DNA of 64,000 nucleotides, from NCBI GenBank assembly GCA_963778655.1, contig CAVZVA010000010.1, positions 1,344,001 through 1,408,000 of the forward strand, read 5' to 3'. The DNA comes from an uncultured delta proteobacterium. GTDB lineage: Bacteria > Myxococcota_A > Polyangia > Polyangiales > JAFGIB01. Shown here one piece after another: positions 50,414-59,472 of the stretch. The stretch's first letter is position 1, and each line of letters begins with the position of its first letter. The translations under genes and the position numbers were made by a program. Below the pieces are notes generated by a model. The model was not told the DNA's origin. It worked only from the letters and a program-made list of their open reading frames with translations, and did not search any database.

Positions 50414-50830
50414 TCAGATCGTGTCGGGACGCAACGGATTGCGGGCGTGCCACGACGCGCTGGTCGGCATCACTTCCTGCAGCGTGCGCTGCATGACTGG
50501 TTGCCAACCGGGAGGCAAGCGTGCGGGGTCCTCGGCGTTGAGCGCGTCGGCGATGGCCAGGTAGTGTAGGGCGTCGTCCCGCTGCCCGAGGCGGAACGCG
50601 GTCATGCCGCGCAAGTAGTAGAAACGCGCCAGCTCGGACGGATGCATGGCGTGGGTCTGCGGCTCGAGCTCGCCGAGCCAGCGTTGCGCATCCTCGTAGC
50701 GCGCGTCCTTGTACAGGAGCTGGGCGGTGTGCAGCTCGCCGCCGATCGAGGTGCAGCCGCAGGCCCAGCCCGCGCACGCCGCGGCCAGCACCAGAACGAC
50801 CGCTCCGGGGCGATGCCTGGAGGACGCCAT
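50414..50830 (-). CDS. Hypothetical TPR-like lipoprotein
   Basis: Hydrophobic N-terminus with Cys; YYLRGMTAFRLG...ALHYL helical repeat. Confidence 0.65.
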   Translation of the reverse strand: MASSRHRPGAVVLVLAAACAGWACGCTSIGGELHTAQLLYKDARYEDAQRWLGELEPQTHAMHPSELARFYYLRGMTAFRLGQRDDALHYLAIADALNAEDPARLPPGWQPVMQRTLQEVMPTSASWHARNPLRPDTI

Positions 50831-50898
50831 CGAGCCGCAGCCTACACCAAGCCAGGCTGGGCCCGGCCTGCGTCCCGCCCCCGCGCAGCCGGGCTGTC

Positions 50899-50950
50899 GC
50901 AGAAAAAAGAAAAGCCCAAACGTGCCGAAGCCGTTTGGGCTTTTTTCTGC
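50899..50950 (-). terminator. Strong intrinsic terminator (bidirectional-looking)
   Basis: AAAAGCCCAAACG / CGTTTGGGCTTTT stem; on the minus strand it ends in UUUUCUUUUUU. Confidence 0.85.
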
Positions 50951-51190
50951 GGACCGCTCTGGAGCTCCCGCCGCAGGAGGGCGGTCCCCATTATTCTCGG
51001 CTCAAGACGTCAGGACGTCCGGCGCATAGCGCCCGGCTCGAAGGCTAGGAAACCCGAAGGCTAAGTCAGTCGAAGGCTAGGTCACCCAAAAGCTAGGCAA
51101 AGAGCGAAGGAGGCTAAGGCAAGATCAAGTGTCGGCGCCAAGCAACGAAGCCAAAGGAATCTAGGTTGCTACGCGAAGCTAGAAAGCCAC
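50901..51190 (-). ncRNA. Candidate sigma54-dependent small RNA (~290 nt) with repeated motifs
   Basis: Bounded by a consensus sigma54 promoter and a terminator; 5' half rich in UAG, no long ORF; seven YUAG(C)CUU-type repeats; 3' stem-loops. Confidence 0.7.
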
Positions 51191-51200
51191 CGCGGACCGA

Positions 51201-51216
51201 TGCAAGCTGAGTGCCA
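51201..51216 (-). promoter_or_regulatory. sigma54 -24/-12 promoter
   Basis: Minus strand TGGCAC-TCAGC-TTGCA, exact match to TGGCAC-N5-TTGC(A/T). Confidence 0.8.
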
Positions 51217-51523
51217 GCTCAGGCAGCCCTCACGCCGTACCCGCCCCAGCTTTGCACCGGCCTGAGATCATTTGGCTTTCCTGGTGTTTCCGAATCCAGC
51301 GAGGCGAGCGCTGGGAGCACCGGCGTCAACCCACATGACATCTGTGTCATGGACACGTGAGAAGTCGTTCAATGTGCTGCACAGCTCGATTTTTGCACAA
51401 CACCGCGCGGCGGCTGGTGATTCGGCTGACAGGGCCCGCTGTGGGGTAGCGCAGGCTGCCGGGCTGTGCGCTATCATGATCTCTGCCGCGGCTTGTTCCC
51501 CACCAAGCTTCGGTACAACGCGA

Positions 51524-52825
51524 ATGGGCATCTGTTCCACGTGTGGTAGCCGACTTGGAGCGGCGGCAGCGCGTTGCCCCAACTGCGGCACCGAGCTTGC
51601 GGACGCGGACGACGAGCCACCGGGGCCGTCGGCGCGCGCGCTCGCCCGCGGCAGCGACGAGCCGTCCATCCGCCGACCGGCCTCGCCCGTGACCGCGCTC
51701 CCGCGCGCGCCGGCGCAGGTGCCGCGCGTGGCCCCGCGTCACAACGCGGCGCTCGACTGGAAGACCCTCGCCCGAGAGGACGAGACCGGTCCGTCTCGTG
51801 CCGCGGCGCTGCGGCCCGCCGAGCCCGAGCGGGCGCCGGACCGCGGCGCCCAGGTGGTGCCGTTGCGTCGCGAGGGCGCCGGTGCGCCCACCTCGACCGA
51901 GCCCGCCGCGGCGGGCTCGGAGCGGCACCCGGTCCCGCCCGCGCCTGAAGCCGCCGCGCGGGCGAGCACGCCTCCGCCCCCTGCGCCCCGACCCGCCTCC
52001 GCCGACGCCAGCGGCCGGGTCACGCCCGCGGCGCAGTCGGCCGCGCGCCCGCCGGTGCTCGCGTCCGAGGCGCTGCGCAAGGATCTCGCGCCGGCTGCTC
52101 CGGCAACCCGGACGGGACGCTTGTGGACCGCGGTGCTCGGTCTGCTCGGCCTGGGTGCGGCGTGGCTGGCGTGCGGCCCGCACGGTCTGGGGGTGCCGAT
52201 GGGCGGCGCGTTCTTGGCTCTGGTGGTGCTCGGGCTGGTGCCGATGCCGTATCCGGCTCGCGCTGCGGCGCTGGTGACCGTCGCCGGCAGCGGGCTGACC
52301 ATCGTGACCGCGCAACGGCTCGAGCGCGCCACCGGCCTCGAGCCGCTGGTGCTGATGGTCGGCACCTGCGTGCTCGCGATGGCACTGCTGTTTCGCAGCT
52401 GGCATCGAGCGTCCTTGCTCTCGCGCGCGCTGGTGCCGCTGGGGATCGCGCTGTGCGCGGGCTGGTTGTGGATGAGCCGCTCGCTGCCCCAGCTGTTGAT
52501 CCTCGACAGCGCGTGGCAGGCCTGGTTGCCGCCGGTGCTGAGCGTGCCGCTGGCGCTGATCCTGATGCTCTCGCTGCTGGCGTTCATGGACTCGCGCTCG
52601 ACCGGCGCCTGCGGCGCCTGGGCGGTGACGCTGCTGGGCTGGTACACGCTGTACACCTGGGTCGAGCTGCTCGGGCGCTACTGGCCCGCCCACAGCGCCG
52701 CGTTCGAGCTCGCGCGAGTCGCGCCCGACAGCGCGCTGGCCTTGCTCAGCGAGCCGCTGTTCACCGCGGGGCTCGCGCTCGGGCTGGCGCAGCTGCTCGC
52801 GGTCGCGACCGCCAGCGAAGAGTAG
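51524..52825 (+). CDS. Zinc-ribbon / Pro-rich / multi-TM membrane protein
   Basis: CSTCG...CPNCG at the reset start MGICS, disordered linker, several C-terminal TMs. Confidence 0.78.
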   Translation: MGICSTCGSRLGAAAARCPNCGTELADADDEPPGPSARALARGSDEPSIRRPASPVTALPRAPAQVPRVAPRHNAALDWKTLAREDETGPSRAAALRPAEPERAPDRGAQVVPLRREGAGAPTSTEPAAAGSERHPVPPAPEAAARASTPPPPAPRPASADASGRVTPAAQSAARPPVLASEALRKDLAPAAPATRTGRLWTAVLGLLGLGAAWLACGPHGLGVPMGGAFLALVVLGLVPMPYPARAAALVTVAGSGLTIVTAQRLERATGLEPLVLMVGTCVLAMALLFRSWHRASLLSRALVPLGIALCAGWLWMSRSLPQLLILDSAWQAWLPPVLSVPLALILMLSLLAFMDSRSTGACGAWAVTLLGWYTLYTWVELLGRYWPAHSAAFELARVAPDSALALLSEPLFTAGLALGLAQLLAVATASEE

Positions 52826-52846
52826 ACGGGCCCCCAAGGGCGGGCC

Positions 52847-53887
52847 TCAGCGACCGACGAAGCGCGGCCAGGCGGCCAGCAGGATCACCACGCAATGTCG
52901 GCCTTGGGCGTCGGCCGCCTGGCCCACGCCCGCGTCGGTGAAGCCGCGCTCGAGCAGCGTCAGCCGGTGTGAGGGGCTGTGCTCGAAGGCCGTGAACGCC
53001 GCGCCGATGCTGGGCGCGCGCGCCACCGTTTCGCCCACGCGCTGCGCTTGCACGCCGGCCTCGCGCAGCCGGCGCTGTGGGTTCTCGCCGGGCGTGAGCT
53101 CATGGGCCACGCGCCCGTCCTGGCACACGCGCGTTGCGTGCTCTGCGGCGACGCGCGCGAGCAGCGCGTTGTCGCGAAGCGCGGGCCGCGCCTGCTCGGC
53201 GCGCAGCTCCGAGAGCAAGGCGGCGACGTCGGGCTCGGCGTCGCCGCCGGCAGCGGGCGGGGGCTGCGGGCTGGCCCCGGCGGCCGCGGGCGGCTCGCCG
53301 CGTTCGGCGGGCAAGACGCGCTCGGCAAGCGGCCGCGGGCCCGACGGACCGCGCGCCAGCAGCTGCACCAGTGCGGGCCGCGGCAGCGCCTCGGAGACGG
53401 GGACGCCGCGCTCGAGCGCGGCGCGGTCGAGCTTGATGCGCTGCAGAGCGCCCTGGCCGTCGGAGATCACCAGCTCGGGATCGCGGAAGCCGGCAGCGAG
53501 CGCGCCGCGCACGCGCGTGCTGCCCGCCGAGAGCGCGTCGAGCGAGCCGGCGCGCACGGCCACCAGCAGCAGCCGGGTTTCGGCGGTTTGCGCGAAGCCG
53601 CACACCAGCGCGGCGTCCGCGTCGCGCTCGACCTGCGCCAGCCATTGTTGCGCGCCGCGCTCGCCGCGGCGGTAGTAGTACGCGCGCACGCCAACCAGGT
53701 CCGAGCCGGCGGCCCGCACCGCCGCGGTCAACGCGTCGGAGCTCGGGCGCTTGGCCTGCAGCAACAGCTCCCCCGCGGCCTGCGAGAGCGGGGTCTCGTC
53801 TCGGCACGCCGGCGCCTCCTCGCCCGCATCCGCGAGGGCAGCGGATGCGGGCAGGAGGAGGGCCGCGAGGAGGGTCCAAAGCAGCAC
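52847..53887 (-). CDS. Secreted CAP/SCP-domain protein
   Basis: Signal peptide; LARVAAEHA...VAH...VGETVA...SPSHRLTLL...F..AGVG. Confidence 0.8.
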   Translation of the reverse strand: MLLWTLLAALLLPASAALADAGEEAPACRDETPLSQAAGELLLQAKRPSSDALTAAVRAAGSDLVGVRAYYYRRGERGAQQWLAQVERDADAALVCGFAQTAETRLLLVAVRAGSLDALSAGSTRVRGALAAGFRDPELVISDGQGALQRIKLDRAALERGVPVSEALPRPALVQLLARGPSGPRPLAERVLPAERGEPPAAAGASPQPPPAAGGDAEPDVAALLSELRAEQARPALRDNALLARVAAEHATRVCQDGRVAHELTPGENPQRRLREAGVQAQRVGETVARAPSIGAAFTAFEHSPSHRLTLLERGFTDAGVGQAADAQGRHCVVILLAAWPRFVGR

Positions 53888-54226
53888 AGCACGAGCGTAG
53901 AAGCGAAGCGCCGGGGCGCGCCAAATTACGCGCGCCTGCAGCGCCCTGCGCGCGCGCGTTTCCGTGACACCATTGAGGAATTCGGCTCGTCCGGGGCAAT
54001 TCCGCGGGGCGGCTGACGCGCGCCTGCAGGAGCTTTCGCGGCCGGGCGGCCGCGACCTCTCGCCATGCTGGAGCGGGCGCCGGGAGCCGAGCGGGCTGGG
54101 CGCCGGGCGTCGCCCGGACAGCGAGCGCGACGGCGCCGCAGCGCCTGAGTCGCCCCCCGCTCAATAAAAGACCTCGGTGCTGCCGGTCGTGGTCGCGCGC
54201 AAGCCGCACAGCCCCTCGAGCGCAGC

Positions 54227-55459
54227 TCAGTTCAGCGCGCTCGGACCGCTGCGCGCGCCGCTGCGCCCGTAGCGCTTGTGCAGCAGTGCCAGGTTGCGGG
54301 CCGGGTTGGGGTCGCTGTCGTCGAGGGCCGCGGCGGTGGCGAAGGCCTTTTCGGCCGCGGCGTGCTCGCCCAGGCCCATCAGCGCGGCGCCGAGGCCATT
54401 GTGCGCGGGGGCCAGCTCAGGCTTCAAGGACAGCGCGCGCTCGAATGCGGCGCGCGCCTGCTGGTACTGGCGGTCGCGGGTGAGCGCGTTGCCGAGCTTG
54501 AGCCAGGCGACCGCGTCCTGGCGCGAGAGCGTGAGCGCGGCATGGTAACGCTCGATGGCGCGACCGATCCGGCCGTGCCACACGTCGAGATCGGCCAGCG
54601 CCAGCAGCGGGCCGGGCTCGGCCGGCGCCAGCGCGCGCGCTTGCTCCACGTCGCCTTCGCCGCCTTCCACGTCGCCGCGGCCGATCCGGCTCAGCCCGCG
54701 GCCGAGCCAGGCCTGCGCTTCGTTCGGGCCGCGCGCGATCGCCAGCGCGAATTCCTGCTCGGCCTCGCGCAGCCTGCCCTGGTCGCGCAGCCTGCGGCCG
54801 AGGTTGATGTGCGGCTGGGGCATGCTGGGGTCGAGCGCCGCGGCGCGCTCGAAGTCGGCGCTGGCCGCTGCGGAGTTGCCGAGCGCCTCCTGCGCCAGGC
54901 CGCGGCGGTTGTACAACGTGCCGACCTCGGGCTGCTCGGCGATCAGCGCCTGCAGCAGCGCGAGCGCGCGCTGCGGCCGTCCTGCGTCGGCGGCCATGTC
55001 GGCCTGCAGCATGCGCGCGCGCGGATGGTGCGGCGCGCGCGAAAGCGCGCGGTCGAGCTGCGCCGTGGCCTGCTGCGCGTGGCCCGCCCGAAACGCGATC
55101 GCGGCGCCCAGCAAATCGAGGTCTGCGCTCGCGGGCAAACCGTGGCGCGCGCGGGCCAGGGCGGTTGCGGCCCGCTCGGGCTGGTCCTTCTGGTAATCGT
55201 CGAGCGCCTCGGCCCAGGCGTGCAGCGCGCGGGTATGCGCGTCGCCGTGCAGCGCGGCGGCCTGATCGAGCAGGGAGAGCGCGCGCCTGGCGTCGATACG
55301 CTCGAGGTCGGGCGCGCGGCTGAGCGGAGCGCGCAGGGCGAGCGCGGCTTGCCGGCTTAGCCGGGCCGCGTCCTCGCGCGCGCGCAGCGCCCCGGCACCT
55401 GCGACCGCGGCCCAGATCGCGGCCGCAGCGAGCGAGAGGCAGAGCAGCGTGCGAAGCAT
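54227..55459 (-). CDS. Tetratricopeptide repeat protein
   Basis: N-terminal hydrophobic segment; multiple TPRs (YNRRGLAQEALG, HINLG, WLKLGNAL, HNGLGAAL); start reset to MLRTLLC. Confidence 0.85.
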   Translation of the reverse strand: MLRTLLCLSLAAAAIWAAVAGAGALRAREDAARLSRQAALALRAPLSRAPDLERIDARRALSLLDQAAALHGDAHTRALHAWAEALDDYQKDQPERAATALARARHGLPASADLDLLGAAIAFRAGHAQQATAQLDRALSRAPHHPRARMLQADMAADAGRPQRALALLQALIAEQPEVGTLYNRRGLAQEALGNSAAASADFERAAALDPSMPQPHINLGRRLRDQGRLREAEQEFALAIARGPNEAQAWLGRGLSRIGRGDVEGGEGDVEQARALAPAEPGPLLALADLDVWHGRIGRAIERYHAALTLSRQDAVAWLKLGNALTRDRQYQQARAAFERALSLKPELAPAHNGLGAALMGLGEHAAAEKAFATAAALDDSDPNPARNLALLHKRYGRSGARSGPSALN

Positions 55460-55618
55460 GCTTCCGAGTAACGGCCAGCCCGCCAACCGGTCAACTTTTT
55501 GGGGCGCCGAGGCAGCTTCCCTGCGCGATGGCGGCGCGCTACCAATTGGGCGGATGGAAGGCCGGGTGGCCGGCGCGCGGTAGGGTCGGGAGCCCGGCGC
55601 GCGGGATGGATACGGGCG

Positions 55619-56359
55619 ATGACGCGTTGGCTCAAGATCGGAGGCGCGCTGATGCTGCTGATGTGGGCGCCGTTCCTGTACCAAGAGCTGACCAGCGCGC
55701 CGGTCGCGAAGAAGCGTCCGCGCGCGCTGCCCACCGATGACCCGAGCGCCCAGCTGGCGCCCGTGGTGCCGCAGCCGGAGCCGGCCAAGGTCGAAGGGCC
55801 GGCCGTGGCGCCCAAGGCGCCGCAGCCGCCGGCTGCCGAGGAGCCGAGCGCGCCCGAGCCGCAGAAGCCCGCGGCGGCCGAGCCCAAGGACGATCCGGCG
55901 CCCGCGGGCGCGAGGTCGGCCCAGGGCGCTGTGAACGAGCCCAACAGCCAAGCCGAGCCGCAAGCCGACGAGGCGGAGCGCGCCGACGATCCGGCGCCCG
56001 CGCCGCCGCCCGCCGCGGCCGGGCCGGCGGGCGTGCTGCGACACGCGTTTGAGACCGAGCCGCGCGATCCGCTGTGGGCCACCGACACCGAGGCCCGGCT
56101 CAAGGCCATGGCCGGCGGGGGCGACCTGCCGGCCGAGCTGCTGCAGAGCGCGGCCTGCCGCAATGCGGTCTGCCGCATCGAGCTGCGCTGGACCGCGGAG
56201 CGCGCCACGGCCTACGACAGCTTTTCCGACGCCCTGCACCAGCAGTTCGGCGGCGAGCTCGGGGTAGAGCCCGTGGGCGCACCCGACGACAAGGGCCAGG
56301 AGCAGGTCAACTTGTATGTGACCCGCAAAGGGTACACGGTCGCCGACCTCAGCAGGTGA
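55619..56359 (+). CDS. Hypothetical membrane-anchored protein with Pro-rich linker
   Basis: N-terminal TM; C-terminal EPRDPLWA...CRNAVCRIE domain. Confidence 0.7.
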   Translation: MTRWLKIGGALMLLMWAPFLYQELTSAPVAKKRPRALPTDDPSAQLAPVVPQPEPAKVEGPAVAPKAPQPPAAEEPSAPEPQKPAAAEPKDDPAPAGARSAQGAVNEPNSQAEPQADEAERADDPAPAPPPAAAGPAGVLRHAFETEPRDPLWATDTEARLKAMAGGGDLPAELLQSAACRNAVCRIELRWTAERATAYDSFSDALHQQFGGELGVEPVGAPDDKGQEQVNLYVTRKGYTVADLSR

Positions 56360-56427
56360 CGGTTTGCGTGCCGGCCCTCGGGTCCGGCGTGCGGCCGAAG
56401 GCGGCAGCCCCGCCGCGAGGAACGGAC

Positions 56428-56658
56428 ATGGTTGAACCGCAAGTACTGGAACAGAAGCTGCGCGCCGCTTTCCCCGGCGCGGCTCGGATCGAGGTCGAGG
56501 ACCTGACCGGGACCAAGGACCATTTCAAGGCCGTGATCGTGGCGCCCGAATTCGCCGGCAAGAGCCGGGTCGAGCAGCACCAGCTGGTCTACCGCGCGCT
56601 CGGCGAGCTGATGGCCGGCCCGGTCCACGCCCTGGCCCTCGAGACGCGCGCGAGTTGA
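56428..56658 (+). CDS. bolA: BolA/IbaG family protein
   Basis: DHFKAVIVAPEFAGKSRVEQHQLVYRAL...VHALAL; GAGGA RBS. Confidence 0.92.
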   Translation: MVEPQVLEQKLRAAFPGAARIEVEDLTGTKDHFKAVIVAPEFAGKSRVEQHQLVYRALGELMAGPVHALALETRAS

Positions 56659-56713
56659 GCCAGGGCTGTTCCCTGGCCTCCGGACGTTCGGCGCTCTGGC
56701 GCAAGCGTTGCGT

Positions 56714-57017
56714 GGGGCGCGTGCCCGGACGCAGAGGCGAGCCCGGACGCGCGAGCGCAGCGAGCCACGGGGGAGGGTGGGTCCGATTGGGCTTTGCCCA
56801 ATGGGCGGGAGGGGCGCGTGCCCGGACGCAGAGGCGAGCCCGGACGCGCGAGCGCAGCGAGCCACGGGGGAGGGTGGGTCCGATTGGGCTTTGCCCAATG
56901 GGCGGGAGGGGCGCGTGCCCGGACGCAGAGGCGAGCCCGGACGCGCGAGCGCAGCGAGCCACGGGGGAGGGTGGGTCCGATTGGGCTTTGCCCAATGGGC
57001 GGGAGGGGCGCGTGCCC
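56714..57017. repeat. Perfect tandem repeat, 3 x 97 bp plus 13 bp
   Basis: Units start at 56714, 56811 and 56908 (partial at 57005) and read identical; each holds the hairpin ATTGGGC-TTT-GCCCAAT. Confidence 0.95.
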
Positions 57018-57028
57018 CTCCCGGTAAT

Positions 57029-58276
57029 CTAGAGTCGCATGCGAGAGAGGCGCTGGTTGGCCCACTTCGAGAGCGCGCGCTCGGCCTCGCGTGGCAGGCT
57101 GGGGCTGGCGCAGAACATTGCGAAGCTGACTAGCTCGTGGGCCGCACGGTGCAGCGATTCGAACGCGTGCTCGGCATGGAGTTCCTGCAGCTGGCGCAGG
57201 GTGGCAGCGGCCGAGATGTCGCCGTCGAGCCGCATCGCGCTTCCGAAGTACGTCGCGATCTCGGTGTCGCGTACCCAAGCCTGTAGGGTCCACAGCATCT
57301 GTTTGGCGCCCTTGGCGCCGCTGTGGCGCTCCACCGTGTCGCGGATCTCCCGTAGCATCTCGTTGAGTTGCTTGACGATGCGCTCCACGCCCTCGCGGTT
57401 GAGCGCCTGCTTCTCCTTGAGCTCGACGCAGCCGATCTGCAGCAGCTGCATTACACGCTTGGTCACCTCGAACTCGTCGAGGCGCAGCTCATGGCCGATC
57501 TCTACGATGCTGTGCTGCCCGTCGGCGAGCAGGGCCACCGGCCGCAGCGAATCGCCGATGGTGACGCGCGAGGCGGTCTCGGTCAGCACCGGGTGCAGCC
57601 CGCCGCTGGGGATGCGCTCGCGGAAGTGCGCCATCTCGTCGATGCGTTGCACACTCTGCATCAGCAACGCGTGCACCGGCAGGTGCAGCGTGGTGTTCGG
57701 GGCTTCGGAGTCGTCGGCCGCCAGCACGAAGGTGTAGCTGCCGGCAGCCACCAGCAGCGCACCCTGGAAGGTGCGCTCGGCCTGCCCGCGCAGCATTTCG
57801 AACAGCTGCTTCTGATCGATGAATCCCTGCTCGATCGCGATCTCCCCGAAGCGCCGCTCGCGGCCGGTGCCGAGCACGCAGCGCGCGAGCTGGTCGGGGC
57901 TCATCACGCCCAGCGCGACCATCACCTCGCCCAGGCGCTCGCTCGGCACATCGCTGTAGGCGGCCTTGAGCGCGCCTTGGTCGAACATCAAGCGGCGCGT
58001 GTGCTCGCCGAACACGCTGAGCTCGCCGCGCCATCCGTTGTTGGCGATCATCGCGATCAGCTCGAGCACCGTGGTCTTGCCCACGATCTCGCCGGTCGCC
58101 AGCACGCGTCCGGGCCCGGCGTTTTCGCCGTCGCTGCGCTCGAGCACCAGCACGCCCGGTGAGCCTTCCAGGATGCGGTAGCGGCCCGCATGCCCTGCGA
58201 GCCAATCGGTGCCGGCCTGGTCGACCCCGGCGAGCGCGCCGTCCTCGCGAATCACCAGCTCGCGCCGCAGCTTCAT
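57029..58276 (-). CDS. DUF4388 (PATAN-like) domain protein
   Basis: GELSV...LMFDQG...SDVPSERLGEVMV...RFGEIAIEQG...LLMQSVQRIDE. Confidence 0.8.
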   Translation of the reverse strand: MKLRRELVIREDGALAGVDQAGTDWLAGHAGRYRILEGSPGVLVLERSDGENAGPGRVLATGEIVGKTTVLELIAMIANNGWRGELSVFGEHTRRLMFDQGALKAAYSDVPSERLGEVMVALGVMSPDQLARCVLGTGRERRFGEIAIEQGFIDQKQLFEMLRGQAERTFQGALLVAAGSYTFVLAADDSEAPNTTLHLPVHALLMQSVQRIDEMAHFRERIPSGGLHPVLTETASRVTIGDSLRPVALLADGQHSIVEIGHELRLDEFEVTKRVMQLLQIGCVELKEKQALNREGVERIVKQLNEMLREIRDTVERHSGAKGAKQMLWTLQAWVRDTEIATYFGSAMRLDGDISAAATLRQLQELHAEHAFESLHRAAHELVSFAMFCASPSLPREAERALSKWANQRLSRMRL

Positions 58277-58492
58277 TGCGTGGCGCCTCGTCTCGACCTG
58301 TTGCGACTCACCACTTCAGATCATAGATCCGCTGCTTCGGCGCGGCCAAGAGACGGGGCCGCTATAGCCAGAGTTGGCCAGCATGGGGCTTGCGTTGTGC
58401 TGTCGCTCGCCGCACCTTTGGCTGCCGCGAGCACCCGCCGCGCGCAGCGGCGCCAGAGGACGCCCCGCGATTGGGCTTCGACAGGAGCGAGC

Positions 58493-59419
58493 ATGGGCAA
58501 GGTAGCTTTCGTGTTTCCAGGTCAGGGCGCGCACAAGGTTGGAATGGGTAGGGCGGTGTACGACCAGCGCGCAGAGGGGCGCGCGCGTTTCGAGCAGGCG
58601 GACGCGGCGCTGGGCGAGTCGTTGTCCGCGCTCTGCTTCGAGGGCCCGGAGGACAAGCTGCAGCTCACCGCCAACGCGCAGCCCGCGATCCTCACCACAT
58701 CGATCGCGCTGCTCTCGGCGCTGGGCGAGCGCTGCGACGCGGCCGCCGGTCACAGCCTGGGCGAGTACAGCGCGCATGTGGCGGCCTCGACGCTAGCGTT
58801 CGACGAGGCGGTGCGGCTGGTGCGCGCGCGCGGCCTGTACATGCAGGAAGCAGTGCCGGTCGGCGTCGGCGCGATGGCGGCGGTGCTGGGCGCGGAGGCA
58901 GAGGCGGTGGAGCGCGTCTGCGCCGAGGCCGAGGGCGTGGTCGAGCCGGTCAATTGCAATTGTCCGGGACAGCTCGTGATCGCGGGCGAGACCGCTGCAG
59001 TCGAGCGTGCGGTCGAGCGCCTGCGCGAGCAGGGCGCGAAGGTGCGACCGCTGCCGGTCAGCGCGCCCTTCCATTGCCAGCTGATGAAGCCGGCCGAGGA
59101 CAAGTTCCGCGCCCACCTCGAGCGCGCCGGGTTCCGCGATCCGGCCTTCCCGGTCTACGCCAACGTCGACGCCGCCGCCGTGACCAGCGCCGCGGCCGCG
59201 CGCGACGCTTTGCTGCGCCAGATCAGCCGCCCCGTGCGCTGGGAGCAGTCGATTCGGCGCATGCTCGAGGACGGCGTGGGGCTATTCGTCGAGATCGGAC
59301 CGGGCAAGGTGCTCAGCGGCATGATTCGCCGTATCGACAAGGCTGCTGCCAGCGTCAACGTCGAGTCGCCCGCCGACTTCGAGGCCGCGCGCGCTGCGAT
59401 TCGCGCCCAACGCGGCTGA
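58493..59419 (+). CDS. fabD: Malonyl-CoA:ACP transacylase
   Basis: FVFPGQG, GHSLGEY, VSAPFH, EIGPG; AGGAG RBS before ATG 58493. Confidence 0.95.
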   Translation: MGKVAFVFPGQGAHKVGMGRAVYDQRAEGRARFEQADAALGESLSALCFEGPEDKLQLTANAQPAILTTSIALLSALGERCDAAAGHSLGEYSAHVAASTLAFDEAVRLVRARGLYMQEAVPVGVGAMAAVLGAEAEAVERVCAEAEGVVEPVNCNCPGQLVIAGETAAVERAVERLREQGAKVRPLPVSAPFHCQLMKPAEDKFRAHLERAGFRDPAFPVYANVDAAAVTSAAAARDALLRQISRPVRWEQSIRRMLEDGVGLFVEIGPGKVLSGMIRRIDKAAASVNVESPADFEAARAAIRAQRG

Positions 59420-59472
59420 GGTCGCGCGCGCCGCCGCAGCCAAGCGCGCCGCGGCCGCCGTGAGGAGGCAAC

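Noticed and set aside
50840..50995. ~50-codon minus-strand ORF (MGTALLRRELQ...) in the 3' part of the candidate sRNA
   Set aside because: It runs through the terminator, has no convincing SD and is out of frame with the downstream gene.
51039..51118. Mini-CRISPR interpretation of the GAAGGCTAG repeats
   Set aside because: Repeats (~11 bp) and linkers (~5 bp) are far too short; no cas genes.
51272..51523. N-terminal extension of the zinc-ribbon ORF given in the ORF track
   Set aside because: The domain starts at ATG 51524; the upstream part looks regulatory (palindromes, lower GC).
56714..57017. CRISPR array or repeat-coding ORFs
   Set aside because: Units are contiguous and identical with no unique spacers, no cas genes nearby, and the 97-bp period shifts frame.
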